A stretch of DNA of 32,700 nt from Acidobacteriota bacterium (GCA_039027015.1 JBCCLG010000003.1:1-32700); one strand, 5' to 3'. Counted from the first letter of the stretch, positions 17,235-26,187 are shown. Program-made: numbers and translations. The notes: generated by a model from the letters alone, not told the origin.

Positions 17235-18557
17235 TTAGGCCTCGCGGGCGGCGTCGAGCGCCTCCTGCAAATAGGCGAAGTCGGGGGTGAGCCGGCCGCG
17301 GTGGGTAATCACCGCGCGGCGCACGGCGTCGGGCAGGCGGAGCTCCTCAAACGGCCGGGTGAAGTCGGCCTCCGCCAGCCACGGCACCAGCTCGCGCAGC
17401 TGGCGGCTGAAGTGCACGGAGGCGTCGCGCGGCAGCTCGCACGGCAGGTTGTCGACCGCCATCACGCACACTCCCTCGCCGTCGAATCCGTCCTCGAAGC
17501 GGTCGCGCTGCGGGTCGTACGTATAGGTCGGACCGTCCGAGTCGGTGGCCTTGTAGGTCAGCTCGAAGGCGCCGTCGATGTCACAGGTGATGTCGCCGAT
17601 CACGCGCAGCCGCCGCTCGCCGCGGCGCCACAGGTCCTGGATATGGGCTTTGGTCACGAAGCGCGGATACTCCGGGCTCCAGTAGATGCCGTTGATCAAG
17701 ACCGTCAGAAAGGGCAGGAATTCGTGCAGGCGGCCGACGAAGCGCTCCGGATGATGGCGGTAGGTCTCTTCGTCAAAGGCCTCGTCGGGATCGCGGGTCG
17801 CCGCCAGGTGGTGCTTCTCGAAGATCACCTTGAAAAGACGGTCTCGATCGCCGCGGGTCGCCGCCACCTCGGGCAATTCCTCGGGGGTGACGGTCGTGTG
17901 CGGCAGGAGGTCAAAAATATCCAGCGCGCCCTGAGTGACGCTGCCGGCGCCGGTAAAGCCGACGATCAGGGGCTCGTCGAGGCCGCTGCCGGCGAGTAGC
18001 TGACGGCCGATCTCGGCCAGCTCGCCCTCGGCTTCCGCCACGTCGGCGTAGCGATGGGCCGGCAGCACGCGGCCGAACGGGGTGGTGAGCCCCTCCCGGG
18101 CGAGTCTCTCCCCTAGGCTCCAGAAGCTATCGATCATGCCGGCCTGCCCGGCCTGCCGACCGAATTTCACCATGCGGTGTCCGGCGGCATCGGCGATCTT
18201 CTCGTAGTCCACGAGGGTGATGTTTTTCTCGAGCAGAGCCTCCAGGAGCGGCATGTTGTGGCGCTGGCCCTTGATCACGTGGGCGAAGAAGGCGTAGCAG
18301 CGGTCGGGCAGCAGTTTGGCGATCGGCACTTCCTTGACCGCCAGGACGACGCCCGCGGGCGAGAGATCCGAGTCGAGGCGGGCGCCGGCCTCGCGGAACT
18401 CGGCGTCGCTGAATACCCGCACCGCCGAAGGCTGAACGATCGCCTCGATGGCGTGCTCGTCGCGCAGCCGCACGACGTCAGCGGGCACCAGGGGTACCCG
18501 GCGCTCCCAGTGGCTCTTGTCCTCCAGGCGAATGCCGATCGTCGATCCGGCCGCCAT
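17235..18557 (-). CDS. lysine-ketoglutarate reductase / saccharopine dehydrogenase-like protein (AlaDh/PNT fold)
   Basis: EDKSHWERRVPLVP, VKEVP, FAHVIKGQ.HNMPLL, DYEKI, FGRQAG.AGMID, GIYW...YPR, DITCDIDG, MAVDNLPCELPRDAS..FS. Confidence 0.85.
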   Translation of the reverse strand: MAAGSTIGIRLEDKSHWERRVPLVPADVVRLRDEHAIEAIVQPSAVRVFSDAEFREAGARLDSDLSPAGVVLAVKEVPIAKLLPDRCYAFFAHVIKGQRHNMPLLEALLEKNITLVDYEKIADAAGHRMVKFGRQAGQAGMIDSFWSLGERLAREGLTTPFGRVLPAHRYADVAEAEGELAEIGRQLLAGSGLDEPLIVGFTGAGSVTQGALDIFDLLPHTTVTPEELPEVAATRGDRDRLFKVIFEKHHLAATRDPDEAFDEETYRHHPERFVGRLHEFLPFLTVLINGIYWSPEYPRFVTKAHIQDLWRRGERRLRVIGDITCDIDGAFELTYKATDSDGPTYTYDPQRDRFEDGFDGEGVCVMAVDNLPCELPRDASVHFSRQLRELVPWLAEADFTRPFEELRLPDAVRRAVITHRGRLTPDFAYLQEALDAAREA

Positions 18558-18752
18558 CACGCCCGCCCGCCGGCCCGGCCGCGGCTGAGTCGGGAAGCGC
18601 CTGAGCAGGCGAGGCCGGTCGAGGCCAGGCTTCGAGAGCGGGGCGCTCGCGGAGCGCTGGGAGGCTGGATCGTGGGCATGGGCGATCTCCGAAAAGTGGC
18701 AAGAGCAGGGCGGTGGCCGGATTGTAGACCGCGCTGACCCGGCCGCGGCCGA

Positions 18753-19277
18753 CTAGCGCGGTAGCCAGGTCTCATGGAGATGGAGCCACTCCACCCCCGC
18801 GGGCTTCCCCTCGGCGTTGCGCAGCAGCGCCGTCGACACTCGGCCGGTCGCCTGCTCTTCGCCGCGCTGCTGCCACTCTTCATAGGTCACGACCGCCAGA
18901 TCGTCCAGGGTCCGGCGGACTTTGAGGTTGCGGATCCAGATTTTGATGCCGCCGCCCTCGCTCGCCGCCGCCGAGCCGTGGGCCTGCCGCAGGCGGCCCA
19001 GGAGATCGGCGCGCTCGGTGACGTTGCCCGAAGGCGAGACGATCACGAAGCCTTCGCTCATCACGGTCGCGAAGCGCTCGAAGGCCTCCTCGGTATCGGG
19101 CAGGACGCCCACGAACCAGTCGTGAAAGAAGCGATGGAGGTCTTCGACCTCCTGGGCGCACCGCTTCTCGAAGCTCGGCTCGGAGGCCTCGCTCGGCGCC
19201 TGGGAGGGTGCGGGGTCGCCCGACGCGGCCGGGCCTGCGGAGATCAACCCTAGGGTCAGGAAGGCGATTCTCAACAT
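18753..19277 (-). CDS. secreted NTF2-like / DUF4440-like protein
   Basis: Signal peptide; EVEDLHRFFHDWF...F.IVSPSG...TYEEWQ...R.STALL...WLHLHETW. Confidence 0.75.
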   Translation of the reverse strand: MLRIAFLTLGLISAGPAASGDPAPSQAPSEASEPSFEKRCAQEVEDLHRFFHDWFVGVLPDTEEAFERFATVMSEGFVIVSPSGNVTERADLLGRLRQAHGSAAASEGGGIKIWIRNLKVRRTLDDLAVVTYEEWQQRGEEQATGRVSTALLRNAEGKPAGVEWLHLHETWLPR

Positions 19278-19523
19278 GTTTTTCTCGTGTGGCTTTTATC
19301 AACGTTTTTCCGGAACGGTCTTGCCGACTGCCTCATGGCCAGATAGCATATTAAGTTCCCCAGTCGGCTTCCTCGCCGACCGGGGAAGGAATAAGGGCTG
19401 CGGGCAGCTGCTCCGACTTTGTCATTTTTCGACCCGACTTTTGCCACGCCCTGAGGGCACGCTCTTCTTATGCCATGGGCGGCAGCAGTTTTACGGGCAA
19501 CAGCGGACCTGAGGGATCTCACG

Positions 19524-20141
19524 ATGGAAAAACGGAGGCGGTATCTGGGAATGAAGGGCGCTATAACGCTGGCCTGCGGGCTCTGGCTGACGCTCTTTGC
19601 CTGGAACACCGTCCTCTGGTCCGACGACTCGCGTCTGGACTCGGTGGCCTCTTCCCTGGCCGAGGCGCGCGGCCTGGGCGGCGCCCTGCTCGATCCAGAT
19701 CGTCTGGCTGACGCCGAGCTCGATCTCCTCAAGGCCCGGGAGCTCGCCGACCTTGAAAGGGGTAAGTCCGCTCCGCTGCGGGTCTTCGTGGGCGCCGAGA
19801 GGCACTTGACCCGCGCCCGCCGAGAGGCCAGGCGACTCGAGGCCCGTTCGCGATCGGCGTTCCGCTCGGCCCACGACGGAGCGGAGCAGACCCTGTCGAC
19901 GGCGCATCTGGCGGTCCACAGGGCGGTGAGTCTCGAAGGGCGAGTGCCCCTCGGGCGGGATACCCAGCTCGAAAGGGTGCAGATGCGTCGCGAGGCCCGG
20001 CGGCTGACGGTGGTTCTTGGGCATGCCGAGAAGGCCTTTGCGAGCGGCGAGCCCATTCTTGCGGGGAGCCTGGCTCGAACCGTGGAGCGGGAGGCCCGCA
20101 CGCTGGGGGATTTGATCGATCTCTCGATAAGCCACCGCTGA
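19524..20141 (+). CDS. hypothetical membrane-anchored helical protein
   Basis: GAGGGA RBS, N-terminal TM (ITLACGLWLTLFAW), Ala/Leu/Arg/Glu-rich helical body. Confidence 0.6.
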   Translation: MEKRRRYLGMKGAITLACGLWLTLFAWNTVLWSDDSRLDSVASSLAEARGLGGALLDPDRLADAELDLLKARELADLERGKSAPLRVFVGAERHLTRARREARRLEARSRSAFRSAHDGAEQTLSTAHLAVHRAVSLEGRVPLGRDTQLERVQMRREARRLTVVLGHAEKAFASGEPILAGSLARTVEREARTLGDLIDLSISHR

Positions 20142-20292
20142 AGGGTCGCGTGATCCAGCCTCCGGAGGCCGCTGGGTCTTGGGGGCTGCCGCTGGATCGG
20201 CCTCCGCTGCGGCGCCCGGGGGGCTGCGCGCGGGTCCTCAAACTCGCTCGGCCAGCCGACGAAACGCTGGAGGCCAACGAGCCTCCCAAACG

Positions 20293-20325
20293 CAAGACAA
20301 GCCGACCCAAAGCCGGCTTGTCTTG
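20293..20325. repeat. 12-bp perfect inverted repeat in a convergent intergenic region
   Basis: CAAGACAAGCCG-N9-CGGCTTGTCTTG. Confidence 0.8.
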
Positions 20326-20376
20326 ATCCGGCCGAACGCGGCCAGATCCGAATGTGCAGCGGGCCTGGAGTCCAGG

Positions 20377-20961
20377 CTAGCTGGCTGAGACGTCAATCAA
20401 ATCGATCACGCGCTCCACGCCCGAGATGCCCTGGGCGGTCTCGAGGGCCAGCTTCTCGTGTCGATCCTCGTCCAGCTGACCGCGAAGGCTGACCTGGCCC
20501 TCGCTAGCCTCCACCTCGATATCGAAAGCGCGCCGGCCCATCTCGCCGATAAGAGCGGCCTTGACCCGACTCTCGAGGATGGCGTCCTTTACCTCGAGCT
20601 CAGCCTTGGCCACGCCCTCGCCCACTGGAGCGTCCGTGGGTGAGTCGATGACCTTGAGCTCGTTGGTGACCTTCTCGACACCCTCGATCGACAAAGCCAC
20701 TTCCTTGGCCAGCTCGCGATTCGCTTTGCTCTCGGCTTCGCCCAGGAGGAAGACGTGGTCGCCCTCGGCCTCGACGTCGGTATCGATCATGTCCCAGCCG
20801 ATTTTGCTGAGCAGCGCGGTCTTGACCTGCAGCTCGGTCGCCGCATCCTTCACCACGTCGCCGAGATCTGTCTCGGTCGTGGCCAGCGCCGGTGCGGAGA
20901 GCAGGGCGAGGGCGACGAGAGCGGCGGTGAAGAGGGTGCGTTTCGTGTCGGTGGAAAACAT
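20377..20961 (-). CDS. secreted double BON domain protein (OsmY-like)
   Basis: Signal peptide; two repeats D......VK.AL.......I.VE...G.V.L.G......A...A..I.GV..V; AAAGGGA RBS. Confidence 0.9.
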   Translation of the reverse strand: MFSTDTKRTLFTAALVALALLSAPALATTETDLGDVVKDAATELQVKTALLSKIGWDMIDTDVEAEGDHVFLLGEAESKANRELAKEVALSIEGVEKVTNELKVIDSPTDAPVGEGVAKAELEVKDAILESRVKAALIGEMGRRAFDIEVEASEGQVSLRGQLDEDRHEKLALETAQGISGVERVIDLIDVSAS

Positions 20962-21070
20962 GTTTCCCTTTCTCGATCGTGCGGTTTGAGATCGCGTTAT
21001 CTGTAGGTCTGGCTGTGTGTGTATGTATGCATGTATGCGGGAAGCGTCTCCCCGCGAACGCCGTAGGAGA

Positions 21071-21087
21071 GTGCAGCCCGCGTGCCA
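21071..21087 (-). promoter_or_regulatory. sigma54 -24/-12 promoter for the BON gene
   Basis: Minus strand TGGCACGCGGGCTGCAC, near-consensus. Confidence 0.75.
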
Positions 21088-21206
21088 GGGCTCCTGTTTA
21101 GGCGCCTGGAATCGCGGTTTCCGGGCCTGGGCGAGTTGCGCCCATGTAAGAAGCCAGGATGACCCAGCACGCGAGACGCCGGAGTCTCGGGGCGCCGAGA
21201 GCGCTG

Positions 21207-21241
21207 CTTGTAACGCTTACAAGGGAACGTGCAGATTTGCA
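21207..21241. promoter_or_regulatory. tandem enhancer-like palindromes (putative bEBP upstream activating sequence)
   Basis: Perfect CTTGTAA-CGC-TTACAAG (21207-21223) plus GTGCA-GAT-TTGCA (21229-21241) 20 bp away. Confidence 0.65.
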
Positions 21242-21306
21242 CCGCGGGCGAAGGGGGGCTGCCGAAAGGCCCGCGGATCCGCGGCTTTTGGAGGAAATTC
21301 GAGGGC

Positions 21307-21323
21307 TGGCACCGCCCCTGCAA
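21307..21323 (+). promoter_or_regulatory. sigma54 -24/-12 promoter for the repeat protein gene
   Basis: TGGCACCGCCCCTGCAA, about 40 nt before the AGGAG-ATG start. Confidence 0.75.
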
Positions 21324-21365
21324 AGTGGGACCCCGCAGCGACAACAACCGACCAGGAGTCTTCCC

Positions 21366-22631
21366 ATGACTTTCAGAAATATATTCCTCTATTCGAGTCT
21401 CTTCGCCCTGACCGCGTCACCGGTCCTCGCCCAGAAGGCAGCCTCCAGCAGCCTGCGATCGCAGGGCGACACGCGGGTCAACACCATGATCTCCTCCGCC
21501 CAGGAGCGCCCGTCGGTCGCCGTTTTCGAGGGCGGATGGGTCAGCGCCTGGCAGAGCCGGGAGGGCACCGCCGACCTCGAGAGTCGGGCTCGCCGCTCGC
21601 AGGCCAGCCAGCAGGACATCCTGGTCAACACCTCCAGCCTCGGCACCCAGCGCGACCCCGACGTGGCCGCGGATCCCCAAGGTAATTTCGCGGTGGTTTG
21701 GTACTCCAACGAGCCCGCGGAGCCGGGCGGTGACGACTCCGGCTTCGGGATCGCCGCGCGCCTCTTCGACGCCGACGGCAACGCCCTCGGCCCCGCTTTT
21801 CAGGTGAACGACCTCACGGACGGCCACCAGATGCACCCGCGAGTGGCGATGGCTCAGGACGGCAGCTTCGTGGTGACCTACCGCAGCAGCGAGTCCTTCG
21901 GCGGCGACGACTCGGGCTCGAGCGTTCAGGCCCGCCTGTTCGACGCCGGCGGCATTCCGCTGGGGCCGAGCTTTCAGGTCAACACCACCACATTTCTCGA
22001 TCAGCAATACCCCGACGTGGCGTTGAGCCCCGCCGGAGCCTTCATCGTGACCTGGCAGAGCCTGCTGCAGGACGGATCGGTCGACGGCGTCTACGCCAGG
22101 CGCTTTGACGCGAACGGCACGCCGCTCTCCGGTGAGCTTCAGGTGAACGTGACCACCGAAGGTTCCCAGAGCCGTCCCGAGATCGTCATCGCCAACAACG
22201 GACGCGCCATGATCGTGTGGCAGTGCGAGGATCTCGAGGCGGGCCTCGAGGTGCGCGGACGGATTTTTGCCGCCAGCGGACAGGCCATCGGCGGCGAGAT
22301 CCCTCTTAATACCCTGACCGGCGGCACGCAGAATCTGCCGAGCGTTTCCGCCTTGAGCACCGGCTTCATCACCGCCTGGCAGAGCAGCATCACCGAAGGC
22401 ACCGACCAGAGCGGCTTCAGCGTGCAGGTGCGGGTGTTCGGATTCGGCGGCCAGACCTTCGCCCCGGAGCTGCAGCTCAACACCTCCACCCAGGGCGGCC
22501 AGACCAACGTTTCCGCGGCCGGCTACAGCACCGAGATCGCCGTGGTGTGGGATAGCGATCACCAGTCCTTCACCGACGAAGACATCTATATTTTCCGGGA
22601 CGAGACCGCGCAGCAGAAGCCGCGCCGCTAG
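21366..22631 (+). CDS. secreted repeat protein, probable 7-bladed beta-propeller
   Basis: AGGAG RBS, signal peptide, seven repeats of (F/L)QVNT.T...Q..P.VA....G.F.V.W.S. Confidence 0.85.
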   Translation: MTFRNIFLYSSLFALTASPVLAQKAASSSLRSQGDTRVNTMISSAQERPSVAVFEGGWVSAWQSREGTADLESRARRSQASQQDILVNTSSLGTQRDPDVAADPQGNFAVVWYSNEPAEPGGDDSGFGIAARLFDADGNALGPAFQVNDLTDGHQMHPRVAMAQDGSFVVTYRSSESFGGDDSGSSVQARLFDAGGIPLGPSFQVNTTTFLDQQYPDVALSPAGAFIVTWQSLLQDGSVDGVYARRFDANGTPLSGELQVNVTTEGSQSRPEIVIANNGRAMIVWQCEDLEAGLEVRGRIFAASGQAIGGEIPLNTLTGGTQNLPSVSALSTGFITAWQSSITEGTDQSGFSVQVRVFGFGGQTFAPELQLNTSTQGGQTNVSAAGYSTEIAVVWDSDHQSFTDEDIYIFRDETAQQKPRR

Positions 22632-22711
22632 GACCACCGGAGCCCGGGCCTCGAGGCCGAACCGCGGCGTCTCCGAGCGCCGTCGGCAGCAGAACCCGAG
22701 ACACTCGAATG

Positions 22712-22750
22712 CCGCCGTCTCCCTCTCCCGAGGGGAACGGCGGTTTTTTT
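22712..22750 (+). terminator. intrinsic terminator
   Basis: Hairpin CCGCCGTCTCCCTC-TCCC-GAGGGGAACGGCGG followed by T7. Confidence 0.8.
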
Positions 22751-22868
22751 CGTGTCTTGGTCTGCGGGATGGCCGGCGCGAGCCGTTAAGATGCGCTGCC
22801 CACTTGCTGAATTGGTCAGAAGGCAGGCACGCGTCGAGAACCAGCTGCGCCGCGAGCGCGGGGGAGCC

Positions 22869-24134
22869 GTGAAAAGAGTCGTCACAGCAATTTTGGGAGG
22901 CGGACAGGGAAGCCGCCTTTGGCCCTTGACCCAATACCGCTCGAAGCCGGCGGTGCCCGTGGCGGGCAAATTCCGCCTGATCGACGTGCCGATCTCCAAC
23001 AGTCTGCACGCCGGCATCGACCGCATCTACGTGCTGACCCAATTCAACAGCGCCAGCCTGCACCGGCACATCGCCCAAACGTACCGCTTCGATATGTTTT
23101 CGAAGGGCTTTGTCAACATCCTGGCGGCAGAGCAGAGCCTGGGCAATCGGGATTGGTATCAGGGGACCGCCGACGCGGTGCGCCAGAACGTCGAGCGCCT
23201 GACCTACGACGGGCCCGACGACGTGCTCATCCTCTCCGGCGATCAGCTCTACGCCATGCAGATGAGCGAGTTCGTCGGCCAGCACCGCGAGCGCGGCGCG
23301 GATCTGACCATCGCGGTCAAGCCGGTGAGCCGCGAAGAGGCTCCGGGGCTCGGCATCATGCGCGTCGACGCCCAGGGCCGCATCGTCGAATTCGTCGAGA
23401 AGCCCAAAGACCCGGGCGTGCTCGATAGCCTCACCCTCGACCACGAGACGATCACCACCCTCGGCCTCGACGCCGAGCCGGGCACGCTGCTCGCCAGCAT
23501 GGGGATTTACGTCTTCAAGGCGTCGGTGCTCGGCCCGATCCTCGCCGAAGATCCCTCAAAGACGGACTTCGGCCGCGAGATCATTCCGTCGGCCCTCGAG
23601 ACGATCGACGTGCGCGCCTACCTCTACAACGGCTACTGGCGCGACATCGGCACGGTGCCGGCCTTCCACGAAGCCAATATCGAGCTGACCGAGGAGAATC
23701 CGCCGCTCAACCTCTACCGCCAGGACGAGCCGATTTTCACCCACGCCCGTTTTTTGCCGGGCCTCAAGATCCTCAACTGCCAGATCGAGCAGTCGGTGCT
23801 GTGCGAGGGCTCGGTGATCAAGGCCGAGCGCATCGTGAAGTCGGTGATCGGCATTCGCTCGATGGTGCGCGAGGGCACGGTGCTCGAGCGCTGCGTGGTC
23901 ATGGGCACCACCCAAAGACAGTCGACCAACGCCGAGGACGAGGTGCAGATGGGGATCGGCCGCGACTGCCATATCCACAACGCGATCATCGATAGCGGCG
24001 CGCGCATCGGCGACGGCAGCCGGCTGATCAACGAGAGCGGGGTCGAGGAGGCGGACGGCGACTTCTACTGCATCCGCGGCGGCGTGGTCGTGATTCCGGC
24101 CATGGCCGTGGTGCCGCCCGGCACGGTCATCTAA
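22869..24134 (+). CDS. glgC: glucose-1-phosphate adenylyltransferase
   Basis: ILGGGQGSRLWPLT..RSKPAVP, TQFNSASL, WYQGTADAVRQ, LSGDQLY, FVEKP, ASMGIYVF, DFGREIIP, YWRDIGT; GGAG RBS before GTG. Confidence 0.96.
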   Translation: MKRVVTAILGGGQGSRLWPLTQYRSKPAVPVAGKFRLIDVPISNSLHAGIDRIYVLTQFNSASLHRHIAQTYRFDMFSKGFVNILAAEQSLGNRDWYQGTADAVRQNVERLTYDGPDDVLILSGDQLYAMQMSEFVGQHRERGADLTIAVKPVSREEAPGLGIMRVDAQGRIVEFVEKPKDPGVLDSLTLDHETITTLGLDAEPGTLLASMGIYVFKASVLGPILAEDPSKTDFGREIIPSALETIDVRAYLYNGYWRDIGTVPAFHEANIELTEENPPLNLYRQDEPIFTHARFLPGLKILNCQIEQSVLCEGSVIKAERIVKSVIGIRSMVREGTVLERCVVMGTTQRQSTNAEDEVQMGIGRDCHIHNAIIDSGARIGDGSRLINESGVEEADGDFYCIRGGVVVIPAMAVVPPGTVI

Positions 24135-24169
24135 GACCGCCGCGCCGCCCGAGGAATCGGAGACAAGCC

Positions 24170-25630
24170 ATGAAGATCTGCTACGTCGCCTCGGAGGTCT
24201 CGCCGTTCGCTAAAACCGGCGGCCTCGCCGACGTGTCGGCCGCGCTGCCTGCCTATCTGGGCCGCAGCGGGCACGACGTGCGGGTCTTCATGCCGCTTTA
24301 CCAGACCCTCAAGGTGCCGCCCGACCTCTCGTTGGTGCCGGTGGACTTCCTGCACCACATCCCGGTGGCCCTGGGACCCAGGGTGCACCATTTCTCGGTC
24401 TTTGCCGCCAAGCTGCCCGACTCCGAAGTCGATCTCTACTTCATCGGCTGCCCGGCGCTCTACGACCGCGACCGCATCTACACCGGCGACTGGGAGGACG
24501 CCCTGCGCTTCGCCCTGCTCAGCCAGGCGGCCCTCAAGTGCTGCCAGCACATGGGCTGGGCGCCGGATATCGTGCACTGCCACGACTGGCATACGGCGCT
24601 CATCCCCCTCTACCTCGAGTCTCTCTTCGCCTGGGACCGCAAGATCTTCGGCGGCGCGCGCTCGGTCTTGACCCTCCACAACATCGCCTATCAAGGCTGG
24701 TTCGGCTCCGAATGGGTCGGCAGCCTGGGGCTCGATTCCTGGGCCCACCTGCTGCACCAGGACGATCTGCACCATCGCGGGGCGATCAATTTTCTCAAGA
24801 CCGGCCTTCTGTGGGCCGACGCCATCACCACCGTGAGCCGCACCTACGCCCGCGAGATCCAGACGCCGGCCTTTGGTCACGGTCTCGAGGGCGAGCTCCA
24901 GCGGCGCTCCTCGCGGGTCGTGGGGATCGTCAACGGCGTCGACTACGGGGTGTGGAATCCAGAGACCGATCCCCTGCTGGTGCGCAACTACGGGCCCGAC
25001 GACGTGGAGGAGGGCAAGGCGGAGTGCCAGCGTCACCTGCTGGAGCAGCTCAAGCTGCCCTACGACCCCGCGGCTCCGGTGCTCGGCATCGTGTCGCGCC
25101 TGACCTCCCAGAAGGGCTTCGAGCTGATGCGCGAGGGTCTGGCCCAGGCGCTGCGCTATCTCAACGTGCGCCTGGCCGTTCTGGGCAGCGGCGAGCGCGG
25201 CCTGGAGGAGTATTTCCAAACCCTGGAGCGAGACTTCCCGGGCAAGGTTTGCTTCTATCGGGGCTACAGCGAAGAGCTAGCCCACTGGATCGAGGCGGGG
25301 GCCGACATCTTCCTCATGCCCTCGCGCTTTGAGCCCTGCGGCCTCAACCAGATGTACAGCCTGAAGTACGGCACCGTGCCGATCGTGCGCCGCACCGGGG
25401 GGCTGGCCGACACCGTGCAGCAGTTCGATCGCGAAACCGGCACAGGCACGGGGATCGTTTTCGACCACTACGACAGCACCGGCTTCGCCTGGGCGCTCAA
25501 AACCGCCCTCGAGCTCTACCGCGATCGCGAGGCGTGGCGCACGCTGCGCCGCAACGGCATGCTCGAGGATTTTTCCTGGGAGCGCCAGGGAGCTGAATAT
25601 GAGAAGCTCTATCGGCTGATGCTCGCGTAG
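24170..25630 (+). CDS. glgA: glycogen synthase
   Basis: SEVSPFAKTGGLADV, HCHDWHT, NGVD, PSRFEPCGLNQMYSLKYGT. Confidence 0.96.
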   Translation: MKICYVASEVSPFAKTGGLADVSAALPAYLGRSGHDVRVFMPLYQTLKVPPDLSLVPVDFLHHIPVALGPRVHHFSVFAAKLPDSEVDLYFIGCPALYDRDRIYTGDWEDALRFALLSQAALKCCQHMGWAPDIVHCHDWHTALIPLYLESLFAWDRKIFGGARSVLTLHNIAYQGWFGSEWVGSLGLDSWAHLLHQDDLHHRGAINFLKTGLLWADAITTVSRTYAREIQTPAFGHGLEGELQRRSSRVVGIVNGVDYGVWNPETDPLLVRNYGPDDVEEGKAECQRHLLEQLKLPYDPAAPVLGIVSRLTSQKGFELMREGLAQALRYLNVRLAVLGSGERGLEEYFQTLERDFPGKVCFYRGYSEELAHWIEAGADIFLMPSRFEPCGLNQMYSLKYGTVPIVRRTGGLADTVQQFDRETGTGTGIVFDHYDSTGFAWALKTALELYRDREAWRTLRRNGMLEDFSWERQGAEYEKLYRLMLA

Positions 25631-25731
25631 CTGTGCCGAGAGCGTCGCTTCTTTTTGCCGCTGTGGTGGCGGCCTCCTTTACCTGATCGAGCGCGTCAAC
25701 ATCTCGATGACTCCACAAGGAGACGGAGACG

Positions 25732-26160
25732 ATGCTGAACGGGACCTCTTCCCTGCCCCTCTCGCTTCGCGTAGCCGCGGGCTCCGCTGCGCCGCCCCCC
25801 AACCGGGCCTTCCTGAGCCGCGTGGTCGCGGTGATCGAGCAGCACCTCGATGACGAGGACCTGCAGGTCGACACCCTCGCGCGCCACCTGGCGATGGGGC
25901 GTACGCCCTTCTACAGGCGCCTGCAGGACGTCACCGGCTGCACCCCGGCTCGGCTGATCCTCGAGACCCGCCTCGAAACGGCGGCGCGCCTGGTGGCCCA
26001 CGACACGCGGCCGCTGCACGAGATCGCCGGTCTGGTGGGTTTTAAGACCTCCTCGCACTTCGGGCAGCGCTTTCGCGAGCGCTTCGGCGTCTCGCCCTCG
26101 GCCTGGCGGCGCCGCTTCCGCGCGTCGGCCCAAGGCTCTGCCGACGACCCTCGCCGCTGA
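25732..26160 (+). CDS. stand-alone AraC-family HTH transcriptional regulator
   Basis: LARHLAMGRTPFYRRL..TG.TP...RLE.AARL...EIAGLVGFKTSSHFGQRFRERFGVSPS; AAGGAG RBS. Confidence 0.85.
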   Translation: MLNGTSSLPLSLRVAAGSAAPPPNRAFLSRVVAVIEQHLDDEDLQVDTLARHLAMGRTPFYRRLQDVTGCTPARLILETRLETAARLVAHDTRPLHEIAGLVGFKTSSHFGQRFRERFGVSPSAWRRRFRASAQGSADDPRR

Positions 26161-26187
26161 GAGATGAGTCAGAGAGAGGGCGCTCCC

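Noticed and set aside
19455-19472. GGGCACGCTCTTCTT as a sigma54 promoter
   Set aside because: No GC at the -12 position
21450-22560. Repeated DNA words (caggtgaac/caggtcaac) as a possible CRISPR or tandem array
   Set aside because: They are degenerate codons of protein repeats; there are no identical repeats with unique spacers
22825-22842. AGGCACGCGTCGAGAA as a sigma54 promoter for glgC
   Set aside because: The -12 element is absent and no enhancer motif is nearby
21417-23444. Long antisense or alternate-frame ORFs (also 11086-12900, 15745-17238, 29242-30753, 30762-32591)
   Set aside because: Expected in high-GC DNA with few stops; they overlap well-supported genes and have no motifs
22869-24134. 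Plant/cyanobacterial-like GlgC as a sign of horizontal transfer
   Set aside because: This GlgC type is widespread in several bacterial phyla and codon usage matches its neighbours
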